NCBI RefSeq assembly: GCF_009834535.1
Contig: NC_045697.1
Location: 32,738,001-32,802,000, forward strand
DNA length: 64,000 nucleotides
Direction of reading: 5' to 3'
Source: Camelus ferus
Lineage: Eukaryota
Shown: positions 60,585-64,000 of the stretch, piece by piece
How the letters are laid out: each line of letters starts with the position of its first letter
Numbering within the stretch: position 1 is the stretch's first letter
Translations under genes and position numbers: made by a program
Notes under the pieces: generated by a model
What the model was told of the DNA's origin: nothing
What the model saw: only the letters and a program-made list of their open reading frames with translations
The model's database searches: none

Positions 60585-63500
60585 GCAGTGAAGATGGCAT
60601 AATAAGACCCTGAGCTCACCTTCTCCCATAGGCACATCAAAATTATGACTATTTACAGAGCAACTATCTATGAAATGACCTGAAGATGAGCATAAAAAAA
60701 TTTCTACAACTAAAGATGTAAAGAAGGAACCACAAGATAAATAGGAGGGTGCAGAGATGTAGTGTAGTCAGGACTCACACAACTGGGTAGAAGACCCACA
60801 AGTGAGAGAATAATCACAATTGCAGATGTTCTCCCCAAGGAGCAAAGAGTCCAAGTCCTACAGAAGGCTCCCCAGCCCAGAGGTCCTGCACCAGGATGAC
60901 AAGACCTCAGAACATCTGGCTTTGAAGACCAGCAAGTCTTGTTTAAGAGAGAGCTGGAGGGCTGTAGGACACAGAGCCTCCACTCTTAAAAGGCATGTGT
61001 AAAATTTCACATGCTCTCAGTCCCACTGCAGGATAGTAATTTGAAAGGAGACTTGGTAAGATCCACTTGCTGATCTTGGAGGGCCTCCAGAGGAGCAGGA
61101 GGCAATTGGGACTCACTATGGGAACACTGATGCTGATGGTAGCCATTTTAGGGAGCTCATTTTACCACAAGGACACTAGTGCTTGCGGGCAGCATTTTGG
61201 AGTCCTTCTTTTAACCTGAAGCACTGAGAGCTTACCTGCCTACGAACAGACCAATACCAGTCCCAGGAACTCCTGTGCTGCACAATTAGCCAACTCAGAC
61301 CTGGCCCTGCCCACCAGGGGGTTCGTAGCTACTACAAGAGGCAGGGTCTAGCAGCCAAATGGGCTGAGAACCAGCCCCACCTATCAGTGTGCTTATTATA
61401 GTCACCCCCACAACAACAGAATGGCCCACACAGCCCACATTGGGCACCCCTAGTGTATATATCTCTGGTGATCAGAGTGGAGTATGCTGCTAGGCTCTGC
61501 AGTATGTCTTCTACAAAAAACTACTTCTCCAAGATTGGGAAACATGATCAACCTACCCACTTCATAGAAATAAGCAGAGAATCAGGCAAAATGAGGAGAC
61601 AGAAGACTATGTTCCAAATAAATATGAAGACCAAGCTTCAAAAAAGAACTAAGTGAATTGGAGATAAGATGTCTAGGTGATGAAGAGTTCAAGTAATGAT
61701 CCAAAAGGTCCTCAACAGATTTGTGAGACTGAATTAAGGAGAGAGAGAAAATATAAACATACTGATTACTAGTAATTAAATTAAATCAGTAATAAAAAAA
61801 AAATCTTAACAAAGTCCAGGACCCGACAGTTTCACAGGTGAATTCTACCAAATATTTATAGGAGAGTTAACATCTATCCTTCTGAAACTATTGCAGAAAA
61901 TTGAATAAGAGGGGGCACTCCAAACTTATGTTTTGAGGTTAACATAACCCCAATACCAAAGTCATATAGAGACACACAAAGGAACAACATTACAGCAAGT
62001 GTCACTGATGAACATAGATGTAAAAATCCACAACAAAATATCTGCAAACCAAATTCAACAATATGTTAGAAGAATCATACAACATGATTGAGTGGGATTT
62101 ATCCCTGGGATGCAAAGATGATTCAAAATCTGCAAATTAATCAACATGATTTTACAACATTAACAAATTGAAAAATAAATATCATGTGATCACTTCAAAT
62201 ACAGAAAAAGTTTTGACAAAATTCCAAATCCATTTATGATAAAAACTCTCCACAAAGTGCATGTGGAGAGAACATATTCAACATAATGAAGTCCATATAT
62301 GACAAACCAACAGCCAACATCATATTCAATAGTGAAAAGCTCAAAGCATTTTCTCTAAGATCAGGAACAAAAGAAGGATGTCCACTCTCTCTAGTTCTAT
62401 TCAACATAGTATTGAAAGTTCTAGCCACAGCAATAAGAAGAAAAATAAATAATAGAAATCAAGAGGTAAAACTGACACTGTTTGCAGATGACATGATACT
62501 ATACATAGTAGGTCCTGAAGATGCCACCAAAAAACCTATTAAAAATAATAAATTGATTTAATAACATTACAGGATACAAAATTAACATGCAGAAATCTGT
62601 TGTGTTTATATATATCAACAACTAATATCAGAAAGGGAAATTAAGAAAATGATTCCATTTGCAATTTTATTGAAAAGAATGAAATATCTTGGAGTAAATC
62701 TAAGCAAAGTGGTGAAAGACCTGAAGTTGAAAAACTGTAAGACATTAATGAAAGAAATCTGAGATGACACCAACATATGGAAAGATATATTGTGCTCCTG
62801 GATTGGAAAAATTAATATTGTTAAAATGACCATACTACCCCAGGCAATGAATGGATTCAATGTAATCTCTATCAAAATACTAATACCACAACCAGATAGA
62901 AAAATAATTCTCAAACTAAACACAGAAGATCTCCAAATAGCCAAAACAATCTTGAGAAAGAAGAACAAAGCTGGAGTTATCACACTCCCTAATTTCAAAC
63001 TACACTACAAAGCTACAGTAATCAAAAAAGCAGTACAGTTCTGGAATGAAAATAGACACATTGATCAATGGAACGGAATAGAAAGCCCAGAAATAAGCCT
63101 GGACTTATATGTTCAATTAATCTATGACAATGGAGGCAAGAATATACAATGGGTAACAGGCAGCCTTTTCAATAAATGTTTTGGGAAAACTGGACAGCTA
63201 CATGCAAAAGAATCAATCTGGATTACTTTCTCATACCATATAAAAATAACCTTAAAATTGACTAAAGACCTTAATGTAAGACATGAAACCATTAAATTCT
63301 TTGAAGAAAACGTAGGCAATACATTCTTTAACATCAGTCTTGGCAGTATTTTTTGGATCTGTCACCTCAGGCAAGGGAAACAAAACAAAAATAAACAAAT
63401 GAGGCTACATAAAACTGAAAAGCTTTTGCACAATGAAGGAGATTATCATTAAAATGAAAGGGAGATTACTGAATGGGAGAAAATAATAGTGAATGATATT

Positions 63501-64000
63501 CATATATTGTTAATGATATTCATATATTGTGAATGATAAGTGGTTAATATCCAAATTGTACAAATCATTCATACAATTTAACATCAGAAAACAAAAAAAC
63601 AAACCAACAAAAACCCTGTTAAAAAATAGGCAAACGACCTGAATAGATATCTTTCCAAAGGAGACATACAGATAGCAAACAAGGACATGAAAAGATGCTC
63701 TACATTACTAATCATCAGGGAAATGTAAATCAAAACCACAATGAGATAGTAGCTCAAACCTATCAGAATGGCTATCATAAAAAAAAAAGAAAAGAAAAAG
63801 ACAACAAATAACAAATGTTGGCAATGAAATAGAGAAAAGGGAACCCTCATTCACTGTTGATGGGATTGTAACTTGGTGTAGCCACTATGGAAAACAATAC
63901 GGAGATTCCTCAAAAAATTAAAAGTAGAACTACTATAAAATTCAGCAATTCTACTTCTGGATATTTATCCAAGGAAAGCAAAAAATTAATTCCAAAGTGT
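60585..64000 (+). mobile_element. L1 retaining 5'UTR and ORF1 start, large internal deletion, disabled ORF2 running off the window end
   Basis: 5' 'aagatggc...gaccctgagctcacct'; ORF1 start 'aaaatgaggagacagaagactatgttccaa'; ORF2 fragments 62286-62561 (GCPLS...LFADDMILY) and 62790-63452. Confidence 0.93.

Noticed and set aside
62286..63452. Longest ORFs (91 and 220 aa) with the RT motif LFADD as a functional gene
   Set aside because: They are frameshifted, stop-ridden L1 ORF2 fragments; the element lacks most of ORF1 and the endonuclease.
1..64000. Inferring host-gene orientation from TE strand bias
   Set aside because: L1s are mostly minus but solo LTRs are mostly plus, so the signals conflict.

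Overview
This is AT-rich, CpG-poor mammalian genomic DNA, most likely camelid, based on a tRNA-Ala-derived Vic-1-like SINE at 44543-44674. It is intergenic or deep-intronic, and no intact protein-coding, rRNA or tRNA gene is supportable. Most of the window is a nested mosaic of decayed transposable elements: L1 of several ages, L2, MIR, MaLR/ERVL/ERV1 LTRs, a complete MLT1A provirus with TSDs, a Tigger2-type MITE and a MER113. The most unusual region is about 25.9-31.2 kb. There an LTR88-like LTR is followed on the minus strand by about 4 kb of decayed coding-like sequence with gag-, protease-, RT- and integrase-like motifs in Ty3/Gypsy order, a candidate relic of an ancient mammalian Gypsy-type provirus. 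Also notable are an L1 flanked by an approximately 95-bp target-site duplication, a probable twin-primed inverted L1, and two candidate small + strand exons. Repeat family names come from recalled consensus sequences, not from a database search, and boundaries of old elements are approximate.
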